Source: Octopus sinensis
Lineage: Eukaryota
DNA: 64,000 bases
Direction: 5' to 3'
Assembly: GCF_006345805.1 (NCBI RefSeq)
Contig: NC_043012.1
Span: forward strand, 30,194,001 to 30,258,000
Part shown: piece after piece, positions 13,065 to 26,095 of the stretch
How positions within the stretch are numbered: the first letter of the stretch is position 1
Layout of the letters: the number at the start of each line of letters is the position of its first letter
The notes under the pieces: model-generated
Seen by the model: the letters and a program-made list of their open reading frames with translations, nothing else
The model's database searches: none
Told to the model about the DNA's origin: nothing
Program-made: the position numbers and the translations under genes

Positions 13065-13170
13065 TACTCAGATTCAGTCCCACTATGTGGCAAGTGTCTG
13101 CTACTACAGCTTTGGACCAACCAAAGCCTTGTGAGTGGATTTGGTATATGGAAACTGAAAGAAGCCCGTC

Positions 13171-13208
<38 letters not shown>

Positions 13209-13432
13209 GTGTGTGAAACCGTGTGTGTGTCTTTGTGTCTGTTTGTTCCTCACCATCACTTGACAACTGGAGTTGGTGTGTTTACATCACTGTAACTTAG
13301 CAGTTTGGCAAAAGAAACTGATAGAATAATTACCAGGCTTCCAATGAATAAGTCCTGGGGTTAATTTGTTCAACTAAGACTGCTCAAGGCAGTGCTCCAG
13401 TATGGCCAGTCTGTAACCAGTAAAAGAATAAA
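13065..13432 (+). mobile_element. Family B SINE with internal (TA)n
   Basis: AAAGCCTTGTGAGTGGATTTGG...GAAACTGAAAGAAGCCCGTCG core and a 3' part matching the 21709 copy. Confidence 0.75.
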
Positions 13433-13474
13433 ATACACACACACATATGTATATATATATATACACACACACAT

Positions 13475-13689
13475 AAGTAAACACAAATGGCTTTTAAAAT
13501 TTATGACAGCTGTTTTGGTAAGAATGTATTAATGCATTCATAGATGATTGTATCATTACATATAATCCACCATCATCAGATAAAATTTTGCCTGATGATA
13601 GTCATATGTAATGATGCAATCTTATAAGAATGCCATCAATTTTTACTAAAACAGCTGATATAAATTTTAATTGTAATTTGTGTTTACTT
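13475..13689. repeat. Imperfect ~215-bp palindrome (old MITE-like hairpin)
   Basis: Paired segments AAGTAAACACAAAT/ATTTGTGTTTACTT, CAGCTGTTTT/AAAACAGCTG, ATCATTACATAT/ATATGTAATGAT and ATCATCAG/CTGATGAT around a centre near 13585. Confidence 0.8.
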
Positions 13690-13990
13690 TTTATACCGAC
13701 GCTATACCAATGTTTGTAGCACAACACCATTGTTTCATGTGAGGGGTAGAATGCAAATATTCTCCATGTATGGAAGTAGGTTGACCATAGCCTTGTAAAC
13801 GAACTTGGGCAGATGGAAACTGTGTGGAAGTTTATTGGATGGACTGTACATTTGACACACTTGAGAATTATGTTAAGGATATATGTGCCTGGAATACTCA
13901 GCCAGTTTACATACTAATTCAATGACCAGAAAGTCCAAATGGTCAATCAAGTGCACACTCATATGTTGAGAGAGACAGGTGGGCCTATTT

Positions 13991-14026
<36 letters not shown>

Positions 14027-14305
14027 ATGATACATATATGTGTGTGTGTGTGAGTAAAAATTTCTGTGCTTTTTTTTTTTCGTTGGAGCTAATTAATGTC
14101 AGCAGTAAATAAAAGATTATTAAAAGAGGTAGGGAGGAGGATGAGAGGGTAGTGAGAGAGTGAATTACAATAATAACAAGAAACAGTAACGATAATGAGA
14201 CTTGTTGGTGATGATGGTGGAGGTAGGAGGGGAGCGGGTGTTACAGATGAAAACAAACAATCAAAATAAAAATAATCTAACCCCCCTCCCCTCCCTTCCC
14301 CTTCT

Positions 14306-14523
14306 TTATAATTCTTCATTTTTCTTCTTGTCTTTGTTTTTGTCATCATCATCATCATCGTCGTCATCATTATCATCTTCGTCATCAGTTTCTTCATCAC
14401 TTTTATCATCTTCATCTGATTCCTCACTGCTGGCTTTTCTCTTGGCTTCTGCCGCCTCTACTACATCTTTCTTGAGCGGGGCTTTTGGCATTTCAATCTC
14501 CATGTCATCAGATGTACACACAC
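14306..14523 (-). CDS. CNPY2: Canopy (CNPY2-like) last coding exon: final saposin Cys, acidic tail, C-terminal NEEL
   Basis: CAG acceptor at 14526-14524, phase 1, matching the previous exon; encodes VCTSDD...DDDDKNKDKKKNEEL then TAA. Confidence 0.85.
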
Positions 14524-14588
14524 CTGTAGTGAAGAAGGTATGAGATGCAAAGAACAAACAGGTACATATATATATATATATATATATT

Positions 14589-14642
<54 letters not shown>

Positions 14643-15134
14643 GAGGTAGACAGGCTTAATTTATCCAATGTTGATTGCTTCCATTATGGTGTGCATATTG
14701 TAATGGACTATATCTTCCAATATTATGATGGCGCTGAGCCCCCAGAAACAGCTGTTGGACGCATAGCACACCTTACTTCCTCCCTTTTCAATTTCTCTAT
14801 CGCTTGTACTCTGTGTAAGTTGGACCTGCTCATATAAATGTCTATGCTTACAATGAAATATTCATTGTCTGAAGGTCTCCACTCTTTGCTTTCTTTCGTT
14901 TTGCATGAATCCATATAAACATATTTTGTATTTCATACCCAAGCTGTTATATTTAATATATTTAATTTGTTTATCCACATAATTGCCTCCATATTTGGTC
15001 ATCTTTATCCCTCTAATAACCATTCTTTAACCTGTGGAACTGATCCCCTGCAAAGACATCAGTGTCTAAGATTGAATCATTTGAGTGTTACCAAGTGTCT
15101 TCTATACTGAGAATCTCTGGATCTCATCTGTGGG

Positions 15135-15172
<38 letters not shown>

Positions 15173-15689
15173 AATTAATCAAAGGACATATCAAGTATGT
15201 CTACCTGCTGGAAATAACAGTCAAAACTAATTAAAATCACCAAAATACACTGATTATAAATACAGAAGTTAACCATCTGAAGGCAAATGAGCTGAGACAA
15301 TCTTTCAGCATAAGTATTTGGACTGATGTGAACTGGTTTCTAGACTGGCATAATAGCCTCACCTTCCTCAGCATGCACTGAGAGCCCCAACCCGTCATGT
15401 CGAAGTCTGTGCTGCAGCTGATTTGTTTTGCGCCAAAATCATGGCAGCCACCACTGTGCAAATAATTCACGAGAAAAATAATTTGCTAAGATATCATTAA
15501 CTCTGTTATTATCTAGTATAACAATTTTAAAAGGATAATAACAATAATAAAGGCAATTGTATTATTGATTTTGTTATCATCATTTTAAAATTGTTACACT
15601 AGGTAATATCAGAGTCAATGGTATCTTTGCAAATAATTTTTTTGTGAATTATTTGCTCCGTATATATCATCATCATCATCATCATCATC

Positions 15690-15862
15690 ATCATTTAGCG
15701 TCCGCTTTCCATGCTAGCATGGGTTGGACGGGTCAACTGGGGTCTGTGAAGCTGGAAGGCTTCGTCAGGCCCAGTCAGATCTGGCAGTGTTTCTACAGCT
15801 GGATGCCCTTCCTAACGCCAACCACTCCGCGAGTGTAGTGGGTGTTTTTTACGTGCCATCTG

Positions 15863-15918
<56 letters not shown>

Positions 15919-16640
15919 CAGAGGTAAAAGGTAAAAGTGGAAACAGCACAGTAGTATGTTGAGAGATTCTCTTTACTTTTTTTCTCCGTTAATCAAACAC
16001 AGTAAGTGTTTTTATATTTGTTTCATTCAGTGATTTTTATAAAATATTACCAGTTTCAATGTGTGTCCCATCTTATCAAATATAAAAAAAAATCAAAGTC
16101 AAGGATTAGGAAATAAGAAAAAATTGGTAATTAAAACATTTTGTTCTCATATTCTATGCGTAATTAGGAACATGTTCTTGTTTTTCAATCTATCTATCTA
16201 TCTATCTATATATCATCATTGTCATTTAATGTCTGCATTCCATGCTGGCATGGGTTGGACGGTTTGACAGAGGTCTGGCAAGCCAGGAGGCTGCACCAGG
16301 CTCCAATCTGATTTGGCAAGTTTCTACAGCTGGATGTCCTTCCTAATGCCAACCACTCCTAGAGTGTAGTGGGTGCCTTTTACATGCCACTGACACTGGC
16401 ATTGGCCACACTTGAATGGTACTTTTTGTGTACCATCGGTACAGGTATCAGTCAGGTATTACTGGCATTATGCATGCATGCAAACAGGGGTGTGTGTCTA
16501 CCCTAGTGTTGACACCATGTGATGCTTACAGCTGGACATCCCTCTTCTACAAGTCATTTCCAATCTTTCATGAAAAAAAAATGATCTTACTTGGGAACAG
16601 GTAAGGGTTGGTGACAGGAAGGGGATCCAGCTGTAGGAAA
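15690..16640 (-). mobile_element. Two intronic copies of a (GAT)n-tailed SINE (family C, RTE-like 3' tail), ~15690-15860 and ~16215-16640
   Basis: Shared TCCATGCTRGCATGGGTTGGACGG...CTACAGCTGGATG...CCTAA motif; further copies near 17915 and 23395. Confidence 0.7.
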
Positions 16641-17368
16641 TCTCACTCAATGACTTTCATCTGATTCATGCAAGGCTAGCAAAGTGGTGGTGATAGGATT
16701 AAATATATGATAATCTTGTAATCTCGTGGAGCGAACATGGGATTACACATCGGAGGAATTTACAGCACAAGTAACAACACCTAGGTAGACATAGCTGTTA
16801 AATTCTGACCGATGTGGTTAGCCGTAACTGGGAACATAACTGACAGCTACCATGGCATTCACCCAAATAACATATCTCTCTAAACTCACACACACACACA
16901 CACAGAGGTTTGGCTCTGTGGTTCTGCATTCAGTCCCACTGTGAAATATCTCTAGCAAGTATCTTCTATAATAATCCTGGGGCAAGTCAAAGCCTTGTGA
17001 GTTGGTTTTCATAGACAGAAAATGAAAAGGACAAAAAGTGGGTTTGCATCAGAGAGGGCATTGAGCCATAAAACACTGACTGCAAGACACCAGTCCATCC
17101 TGGACCATCACAGAAAAGCATGTAGCATAAAAACAATGTTAATGATGATGAGGACTAGATTCCCTAACAATATTTTCATGTTTTTAAAGAGTGCCAAAGA
17201 AATTTGTGAACCAACTGGGATCTCATGATACCCAAGGGTATCGCAGACAGCAGCGAGAGGGGTCACATTTAAAGACACTGGGTTTAGTTCAGTTTGAGGT
17301 AAGTAAAGGGATGAGGAGAAGATGGTAGAAGAGGAGGAGGCCGAGTTGAAGAAGTATGTTGTACTTAC

Positions 17369-17468
17369 GCATCACATCCCGACACAACCTGGTGCCATGG
17401 TCTTTGATGTCAAGTCTTCGGAATAATTCAATCATTTTCTCTTCATATTCCTCCAGGATGTTGTCACA
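17369..17468 (-). CDS. CNPY2: CNPY2-like coding exon 4 (CDNILEEYEEKMIELFRRLDIKDHGTRLCRDVM)
   Basis: CAG acceptor at 17471-17469, GTAAG donor at 17368-17364; resembles the CNPY2 segment CESIVEEYEDELI. Confidence 0.92.
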
Positions 17469-17904
17469 CTGGAACACACACACAAAAAAAAGGTCAGGTT
17501 AATAGGGTGTGGTGGTGTGGAATGGTATTAAGATGACCAATGGTACATGGTGGGGCACAACTGGTATGGTGCCATTGTGTTAATTTGGTGAGAAGTTAGA
17601 TCCTCAATTAGTTTTGGTAATGGAGTATTTAGTTGTTTAATTAAGTGAATGTGTAATTAATTAAATTACGTGGTTTGGAGATGAGATTGTGGCTGAATAT
17701 TCCATGCACTCAAGTATACTTTAATATAACTTTTAAGCTGAATCAGCAAGATACAATCTGTGACAAAACTAGTCCGTTGAAAGGGCTTCACACAGTTTTC
17801 TGCATTAGATATGCAACGGCCTGATAGGATTGGACTCTGCTAATATAACAAATGGCTGAATGGCATAATGACAGAACCTGAGTGTGAATCGTACAGTGTA
17901 TCAT

Positions 17905-18310
17905 CATCATCATCGTTTAACGTCCGCTTTCCATGCTAGCATGGGTTGGACGATTTGACTGAGGGCTGGCGAACCAGATGGCTGCACCAGGTTTCAATCT
18001 TGATCTGGCAGAGTTTCTACAGCTTGATGCCCTTCCTAATGCCAACCACTTCGAGAGTGTAGTGAGTGCTTTTACGTGCCACAGGCACGGGGGCCAGTCA
18101 GGTGGTACTGGCAACGACCTTGCTTGAATCTTTTTACACATGCCACCGGCACAGGTGCCAGTAAGGTGATGCTGGTAACGATCACGCTCGAATGGTGCCT
18201 TTTATGTGCCACTGGCATGGAGGCCAGTTAGCCGCTCTCACAACGATCATGCTCGGATGGTGCTCTTAGCACCCTACTAGCACGGGGCTCAAGTGCCAGT
18301 AAGGCTACAA
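17905..18310 (-). mobile_element. Family C SINE with internal GTGCCA..GGCAC tandem subrepeats
   Basis: CATCATCGTTTAACGTCCGCTTTCCATGCTAGCATGGGTTGGACG end plus several repeated GTGCCA units. Confidence 0.75.
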
Positions 18311-19370
18311 CTTGTATCAGCTGTTGAGCAGAAAGAAAGGAGATCTATTGCAAGAGCAGCAACAACAACTGGTCTTCCATACAAACTTGCCCTTGCCTGT
18401 ACACTGAAGATGACACACTCTAAGATAGCTTTATCCACACTCAACCATCACAGAACTACATCTAAAGGGTTCAAGTAAAGATCCGTTATTTTATGAGATG
18501 TAAAGACGCCAAAGACAAGGCAAAAGGTGTAATAACCGTCTCTAATATAGATAAAAGGCCTGAAATTGTAGGTAAGGTTGATTTAAACGAGATTAGAACA
18601 TAAAACATGAAGGGACATAGCTCATTACTACAGAACATAATCAGAGAGGAGCAAAGAAAAGATATAAGGGAGATAACTCTGCTCAATTTGGCACACGTGC
18701 TGGCAGAATCGGGTGCACGGCAGGCGGAAGAGTTAACGCTTTTTTTGTACGTCTATACGTTTTGAGTTCAAATTCTGCCGAGGCAGACTTAGCTTTTCAT
18801 CATTTTAGGGGCGATAAAAAAAGTACCAGTTAAGCACTGGGGGTCGATGTAATTGACTTAATTATTCCTGGGTAAGAGTTTAAAAAACTGCATCGCTCTG
18901 CTAAGCCAGTGTAGCAGAGTAGGCTGATCAAAGCAGCATGATCTCAAGTTCAAATTCACGGCCTCCACATCAGACTGTGGTTGGGTGGAGAGAACATGAT
19001 GAGGCCTTCGTCCTGCAGTGGAATGAACACAGGCAATCCAATCCAACACATGTAAAACATGCTTCTTCAGTTTCTGCTTAGGGCTGAAGTAGAAGACCCC
19101 GGCCCAACAAGCCACGCAATGGGATTGAACTTGAAACAACACGGTTGAGAAGCGAACTTCTTAATCATACAGCCATAGCCCTGGCTTAGAGTCGAAAACA
19201 CTCAACAGGGTGCCACATAGTGGGACTGGACCCCAAACCACTTGGTTTGCAAAACCCTTGTATAAGAAACTGTGGCTGTGATATGAAACCCAGATCCATG
19301 GCACTGCAAACCAAACAACCAAACCAATAATAGGTTTTGGTAAAATTAAGACAATGCTGGCACCTCTTAC

Positions 19371-19565
19371 CATATATTTTAGTTTCTCTGAGAGTTCAGA
19401 ATTTACTTTGAAGTCATCAAGTGACACAGCTTCCCCATTGTACGTCATCGTCCGAATTAAGCTCTTCTTTCCCAGTTTGTTTGTAGTCTCAGCATAATGT
19501 TTCGTAGATTCACACAAATTTTCCATAATCTCTACTAAATGAAGCTCGGATCTTCCATACGGAAC
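19371..19565 (-). CDS. CNPY2: CNPY2-like coding exon 3 (VPYGRSELHLVEIMENLC...EKLKYM)
   Basis: 195 bp, phase 0/0, CAG and GTAAG junctions; resembles CNPY2 VPYARSEAHLTELLEEIC. Confidence 0.95.
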
Positions 19566-20639
19566 CTGGAAAATATAACAAAAAAAGCCAGTGAAATTGG
19601 AATATTGCATGGTACCATTGTTTATTAAACAAACAAAACCAGAAAAGTGAATGTTCAAATGATGAGGAGAGTAATTTTCCTGTTGTTTAGTTCCAAGTTG
19701 ACTCTCATTGAGCAGAACCATAGCATTCCAACTGTGACCACCCTGTCCTTTTCCCAGGCATAGTGTATCTCAGGTGACATTACTCAAAAGTGGTCTTGTC
19801 TCTTTTAAGAAGATAGGATGTGGCTTGAGGGTGATTTGCCTATTACTTTTAGCAGGTCAAGCAACCACATTGTGATCACTAATGAACATCATTTCTCTTG
19901 TGCATATATAAATGAAATGTTAACTCCTTACCGTGTACTCCTGATCATCAATATTTAGTAGACCCTCCCTAAGAAACTCCATCCACAGTACTCCCTGTCT
20001 GACAAAAGTTTATACTCTGTACTCCTTCGCCAGAAGCTTCTCTCTGACCAATCAAGCATCTTTACAGACAGATGTCTGTCTGTTTGTCCTCCTCTTTGTT
20101 TTATATTTGTAGGATCTTAATGGAGAGGGTAAGAAGCTGTGATCCTTACAGAAGGGTACAGGGCATAAGACCTAATTTGCTAGCTGAATGGCTGGTTGTA
20201 ACTGTAAGAATTGAACTCATGCCCACTTGGCTCATAACCCAAAAAACATTGCAACTTACTCCACTTGGTATCCTGCACCACCACCTCTGAGGTAACCATG
20301 GCAATGATGACAACAACATGGAACTACCAGCATCAAGCACAAAAATAAACTCCCCATGTCAGTTGTAAGGACACAGTAACCCTTAAAAAATTCCACGTTC
20401 CCTCAAATTCCCCAACACCACTCCTGACCTGCCTACACACCCTTTCCTCTTCTTTATGGTACCTTTACTGTTCCCTTTTCTCTGTTCGATTCTGTCAACT
20501 GGACATATGTATTTTTGCCTATCTCCATTGTCCTTCTTTACTCACCTATGACTGCTCTCTGTCTCCTTTTTTTAACCATTTTCTGATGACTTGTAGCAGA
20601 CCTCGTTACTCTATACATCTGTCTTCACAGTCTGCATAG

Positions 20640-21170
20640 AGGTCGACTTTGCCTTTCATCCTTCGGGGGGTGTCAATGAAATAAGTAGCAGTTGAGTACT
20701 GGAGGGTCAATGTAATTGACTTACCTCCTCCCCCGAACTTGCTGTCCTTTATTATTATTATTATTACTATTATTGAGAAAGTGGTCAGCTATCAGAATCA
20801 CTAGCTCTTGCTGGACAAAATTCTTGGCTGTATTTTGTCCATCATTTTGTTCTGAGTTCAAATTCTGCTGAAGTTAAATTTGCTTTTCATTTTTTGGGAT
20901 TAATGAAATAAGGACCAGTTGAGCACTGGAGTTGATATTATCAACTGACCCCTTCTCTTAAATTTCTGGCCTTGTGCCTATAATAGAAAGGATTACTATT
21001 ATTGAAGGTGATGAGCTGGCAGAATCGTTAACACACTGCAGAAAATGGTTAGTGGCATTTTTCCAGCTTTAAGTTCTGAGTTCAAATCCCAATGAGACCA
21101 ACTTTGCCATTGATCCCTTTTTGAGTCACTAAGTATCAGAAAAGCCTTGTACCCAGAGTAGAAAGGATCA
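20640..21170 (+). mobile_element. Three tandem family A SINE copies or fragments
   Basis: Repeated GACTTTGCCTTTCATCC, GAGTTCAAAT and GAGCTGGCAGAA motifs separated by short ATT runs. Confidence 0.7.
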
Positions 21171-21469
21171 TTATAAAATATTATTTTATGTGCCTGACCA
21201 GGAGGGGGAGAGCAGCAGGCATGACCCTTTTCAGGGTCTTTGAAACCACTGTATGGAAGGGAGGAAGTTACTCACAGACTGGAGACCCAATCCAAATGCT
21301 TGCAACAGGAAGGACCAAAGGTCAAAGTGGTGGAACAATTACTAGAATAGATTTAACCCTATGTCAGAAAACAATTCACAACAACAACAAGAGTAGCAAC
21401 ACATTCTCTATTCCCTGATCTTGCTGTCCATCCGTCAACTGATCCCTGATTCCCACCAAGTGTCCTTAC

Positions 21470-21585
21470 CTCGTGTGTATTTTGATTACCATCTGGGTCG
21501 ACACGAAAACTTCCAACTTGAACTTTTTTCTTTGGGTCTACAAGATTTATTCTATAATTTGTTTCTCCTACAAGAACTCGGCAAA
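21470..21585 (-). CDS. CNPY2: CNPY2-like coding exon 2 (CRVLVGETNYRINLVDPKKKVQVGSFRVDPDGNQNTHE)
   Basis: Polypyrimidine tract plus CAG acceptor and GTAAG donor; resembles CNPY2 CRALVDE...VDPKKTIQMGSFRINPDG. Confidence 0.95.
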
Positions 21586-21708
21586 CTGGAAGGAAAGAAA
21601 AGAAAAGAATGAGAATAATAAAGATGGAAATAAACTGAGCATAGTTGATAACACTAAATATCATGTCTGCTATGTACAGATATACGTATGAAGTTATTTT
21701 ATACTATG

Positions 21709-22100
21709 AATGGCTGTGTGGTAAGTAGCTTGCTTACCAGCCACATGATTCCGGGTTCAGTCCTGCTGCATGGCACCTTGGGTAAGTGTCTTCTAATATA
21801 GCCTCGGGACGATCAAAGCCTTGTAAGTGGATTTGGTAGACGGAAACTAAATGAAGCCCGTCGTATATATAAATATATGTGTGTGTGTGTATATTTGTGT
21901 ATCTGTATTTGTCCCCTAACATCACTTGACTACCAGTACTGGTGTGTTTACGTCCTCGTAATTTAGCTGTTTGGCAAGAGAGACCGATAGAATAAGTACT
22001 AGGCTTACAAGGAATGAGTCTTGGGTGTGATTTGCTTGACTAAAGGTAGTGTTACAGCATGGCCACAGTCAAATGACTGAAACAAGTAAAAGAAAAGAAT
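21709..22100 (+). mobile_element. Family B (OR-like) tRNA-derived SINE, near full length
   Basis: TGGCTGTGTGGTAAG A-box-like head, GGGTTCAGTCC B-box-like motif, core, and GCATGGCCACAGTCAAATGACTGAAACAAGTAAAAGA tail. Confidence 0.85.
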
Positions 22101-22527
22101 AGAAGAGGAAGAGGGGAAGAAAAAGGGGGAGGAGGAGGAAATGAAGAAGAAAAAGTCCTTGTTGAGATAAGAAGAAAAAGTAGAATATTTTTTACTTGTT
22201 CCAGTGTACTGAGGCCATGCTGGAGCAGAAACCTGAAAGGTTTTAATGGATCAACATCAATATTTATTGATTGGTTCTTTTATTAAACTGTTGGGTGTTG
22301 GGGACAAAAACAAACCAATACTGGTTGTTAAGAATTGGTGGTGACACACACACACATACATTCAACAGGGTTCTTTCAGTTTCTGTCTACTAAATCCATT
22401 CACAAGATTTTGGTGAGGATTGAACCTGAGATCACATGATTGGAAAGCAAACATTTTATTATATTTTCTTAATGAATTAACTTTAACTAGGATTGAAACT
22501 GCAATGCATGCATTAAAGTTCCCTTAC

Positions 22528-22645
22528 CTGCACATTTCATTTCTTCAATGTTGGACTTTGCCTCAACCGCCGAGAGAAATAGAAGTAGTAGCAGAGACAA
22601 GAAGATGGACACTGGCCATAGCAACCTTGAGGGTGAGTACTGCAT
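22528..22645 (-). CDS. CNPY2: CNPY2-like coding exon 1, signal peptide (MQYSPSRLLWPVSIFLSLLLLLFLSAVEAKSNIEEMKCA)
   Basis: ATG at 22645 directly after a CAG acceptor; hydrophobic signal peptide with an AVEA-K cleavage-like site; phase-1 GTAAG donor joins exon 2 to give the saposin CAVC motif. Not in the supplied ORF track. Confidence 0.9.
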
Positions 22646-23861
22646 CTGCAATTAAATGAAGGTTTTATGACAAGGCATTGCCAGGGTTTGAAAGCAGAGA
22701 GGAAAGAGCTGGAAGAAACAACACTAAGCATTTTGGCCAATGTGCTAATGATTCTGCTAGTTGACCTCTTGGAACTCAATGTAGTTCTTGGACACAAATG
22801 GTTCCTGTCAAACCATCCAACCCGTGTTCCAGCAAGGAACACGGACGTTAAATGATGTTGAAAGTCAGGAACTAGATAGAGAAATGGAGAAACTGTGGAA
22901 GAAAGAAGGAAACATGTGGAAATTATTCCTTTGATAATTGGTGCACTTGGCATAACACCCAAAATGCTGCCTACAAGAACTGAGATTCAGATATTGTCAA
23001 TCTGCAGAAAGGCGTCATCCTATATTTTGTAAGAATCCTAAGAAAGATTCCTGAGATTTGAGAGAATGGTGTTCTAACCAAAGATCAAAATTACAGCCCT
23101 GCTAACTAAAATGTCATTGCTTCATAATAATAATTTGGTAGAAAATGGTAAGAGCCAGAATATGGAGTGATGGAAGAGTTAACCGAAAGAAGGCTGGTCT
23201 TTGATTGGTATTTATTTTATCAACTGCTAAGTCATATGGTCGTGTGGTGAAGTAGTTTGCTGTGCAATCACATTTTACCAAGTTCAATTCCAGTGCAAAA
23301 CCTTGGACAAATGCCTTCAAATCTTCCACTACAGTTTTGGGTTGATTAATATTTTTTGAGTGGAATTTAGGAGATGAAAGCTGCAGAAGTCCATCATTTA
23401 ACGTCCACTTTTTCATGCTTGCATGGGTCAGATGGAATTTGTTGAGGCAGATTTTCTACAGCTGGATGCCCTTCCTGCCACTAACCCTCACCTGTTTCCA
23501 AATAAGGAAATGTTTCCTTCCAAGGCCAGACATGTTGTTTGTACTCGTTATGATAATGAAACGCGTTTACAATGATCACTTATCAAGACAAAGATACACA
23601 CAAACACACACACATACATATAATATATATATTATTTTCCCACTCCCACCCCCTCAAGAACTCACAACGACCTCGAATACACAAGTGCAAACAAGGGAGT
23701 CAGAGAAAGGCAGAATGCCACATATATCTGAACACTACTATGGAAGTATTCCTTTAAAAAAACCTTTCTTCTAATTTTTCTAAATTTTTCAAAATGACCG
23801 AAACCGGTACTGAAAGATTCACTATAAAATCATCTTAGCATTTTCTATTTTTGACTTGTTT

Positions 23862-23898
<37 letters not shown>

Positions 23899-25001
23899 AT
23901 CATTTGCATGTTTTATTGGTGTATACCAGTGGAAGATATAAATATTCAGTGATGTTAAAAAGTCCGTTGACATGATTGTTCTGCAGCAAGTTACAGATAC
24001 TCCCTTGTCAGGAATAAGGCAATAAACCAGTGACTGATTCATTGCCAATCTATAATGTATGACTCTTGCAGTTTTCCTTTATATTTTGAGTTTACATCAC
24101 ACCAAAGTCAACTTCGTCTTTCAGGGGGTCAATAAAATAAAGTACTGTGGATTGATGTGACTAATCCCGCCCACCACCTCCCCACTTAAAATTGCTGGCC
24201 TAGTGCTTAAACTGGAAACATTAACAAAGCATGGAAAAGTGGATTTCAATAATGGTGACGAAACGAATGACATTGGAATAAAATACAAGACTGACTCTGG
24301 CAAGATTCGATCCTTCTAACCTGTCAGAAAGACAATATCTCCCACTTTGTCAATTGTTTAAACTCACGCCAAACTTTATCTAGCAAGTCTATAACCAAAT
24401 GAGACAAAGAATATCCTATCTTACTCCCATCTGACCTAGTGTATCTTCGACTACATTAATCTGATGCATGCTTCCTTTGTTAAGATGTTAGGGTGAGCTC
24501 CGAAGGAGATTTGGTCGTTTCTTGCTGGTCTGTTTGGATCGTCTATCTGCCGAGTCTGACATTCGTCTTTCTTTTTATGTATCTAATCAAGCTGTGCGTC
24601 TCACATCTGTCTGTCTGCTGATGTATCTGTTTCCTAGTTTAATACACGTCTATCTAACTATATCTGCTTCTCAATTAGCCAGCCCGTCCATCTATCTGTC
24701 CAGCAACTCATATCTACCTGTCTCATCCATCCGACTGTCCCATATATATATATATTTTTTATGAGTCTCACATATATACACATATCTATCTATATATAAG
24801 ATATTGAAATTTCCTTTTTAATCTGCCTTGTTTTGGGGTTAAAAAATTTTAAACACACACATTTATATAGATATACCATTCAGATTGTGAAACTCTGACA
24901 GAGAAGCGACGAAACCCGACACCGAAAAGTGTCAACAGAAATAATTAATTATAGATTTAGATTGCAGAGAATGATAAACATGAAACACACACATCTACAT
25001 G

Positions 25002-25043
<42 letters not shown>

Positions 25044-25098
25044 AATATCGAAAGCTGGACGACACTGTATTAATTTATAAGCGATATTCAATACTTAC

Positions 25099-25352
25099 CT
25101 CTAGATAAATAAATAACTTAAGAAGAAAGCCGCTTCTATATATGTATATCTATATACATATATATTAATTTATATATACAAACAACAGTATATCTATCTA
25201 TCTATATCTCTCTATATATACGGCAACTAAGCAGTGTGTGTGTGTGTGTGTGATGCTTTCAGTGAAATTCCTCTCCAATTCTTCTCCGCAAACTCGGCGT
25301 GGCCAAAACTGATTGGATTCAGGGGCAGAGAATTCAACATGCACTTCCGGTT
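25099..25352 (-). promoter_or_regulatory. Probable CNPY 5'UTR exon and promoter
   Basis: Strong minus-strand donor AG|GTAAGTAT at 25099/25098; CCAATC at 25316-25311; ETS-type CCGGAAGTG at 25350-25342. TSS not determined. Confidence 0.55.
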
Positions 25353-25377
25353 AACGATCAGATTTTTGTGAACGCTA

Positions 25378-25710
25378 CATTTATTGTTTATTTATTTATT
25401 TATTTGTTCATTGTTAACTGTTTATTTATTTGTTTATTGTTAACTGTTTATTTATTTATTTGTTTATTTGTTTATTGTTAACTGTTTATTTATTTATTTG
25501 TTCATTGTTAACTGTTTATTTATTTGTTTATTGTTAACTGTTTATTTATTTGTTTATTGTTAACTGTTTATTTATTTATTTGTTTATTTGTTTATTGTTA
25601 ACTGTTTATTTATTTGTTTATTGTTAACTGTTTATTTATGTATTTGTTTATTGTTAACTGTTTATCTATTGTTAATTTATTTGTTTATTGTTTCTCGTAC
25701 TTGTTTATGT
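25378..25710. repeat. Minisatellite of ~22-34 bp units (TTGTTAACTGTTTATTTA(TTTA)TTTGTTTA)
   Basis: About ten TTGTTAACTGTTTA units seen directly. Confidence 0.9.
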
Positions 25711-26095
25711 TTATTTTATTTGTCATAATTTTGAGATTATATTATTTTCACCATTGTTGTTTGGGTCTTTATCGTCCTTAGTTTCGATCTAAATAGCTTC
25801 AAATGATAATAACGATAATACTGCTGCTGCTGCTGCTGCTGTTGTTGTTAAGCAACAAGATGATTAAGGGTGATTAGGTGATGGTCTAGGGCTTAAGGGC
25901 GGGAGACCCCAGACCTTGGGGAAAAAAATACTTTGGTCGTCTTGTTGTAGTCGAGGGCTCTTCGTTGACGCCCGACACCACTGGGAGGTGGCCCACGAAG
26001 TCGCTGGAAATGGAGATCTCCAGGTCCAAATTCTTGAACGGCTGCTGCTGGGGTCGAGTGTGGGTGATGTTGATGATGATGATAATATTTTTTAC

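Noticed and set aside
19161-19721. 186-aa ORF as a standalone gene
   Set aside because: Only 19371-19565 is a CNPY exon; the rest is intron or SINE read-through. The same applies to ORFs 21359-21664, 17289-17483 and 14306-14557.
23790-23820. Hammerhead-like GACCGAAACCGGTA
   Set aside because: Only the GAAA/stem III half is present; I found no upstream CUGANGA box or stem II.
25378-25710. CRISPR-like array
   Set aside because: The units are contiguous AT-rich repeats without unique spacers, in a eukaryotic context with no cas genes.
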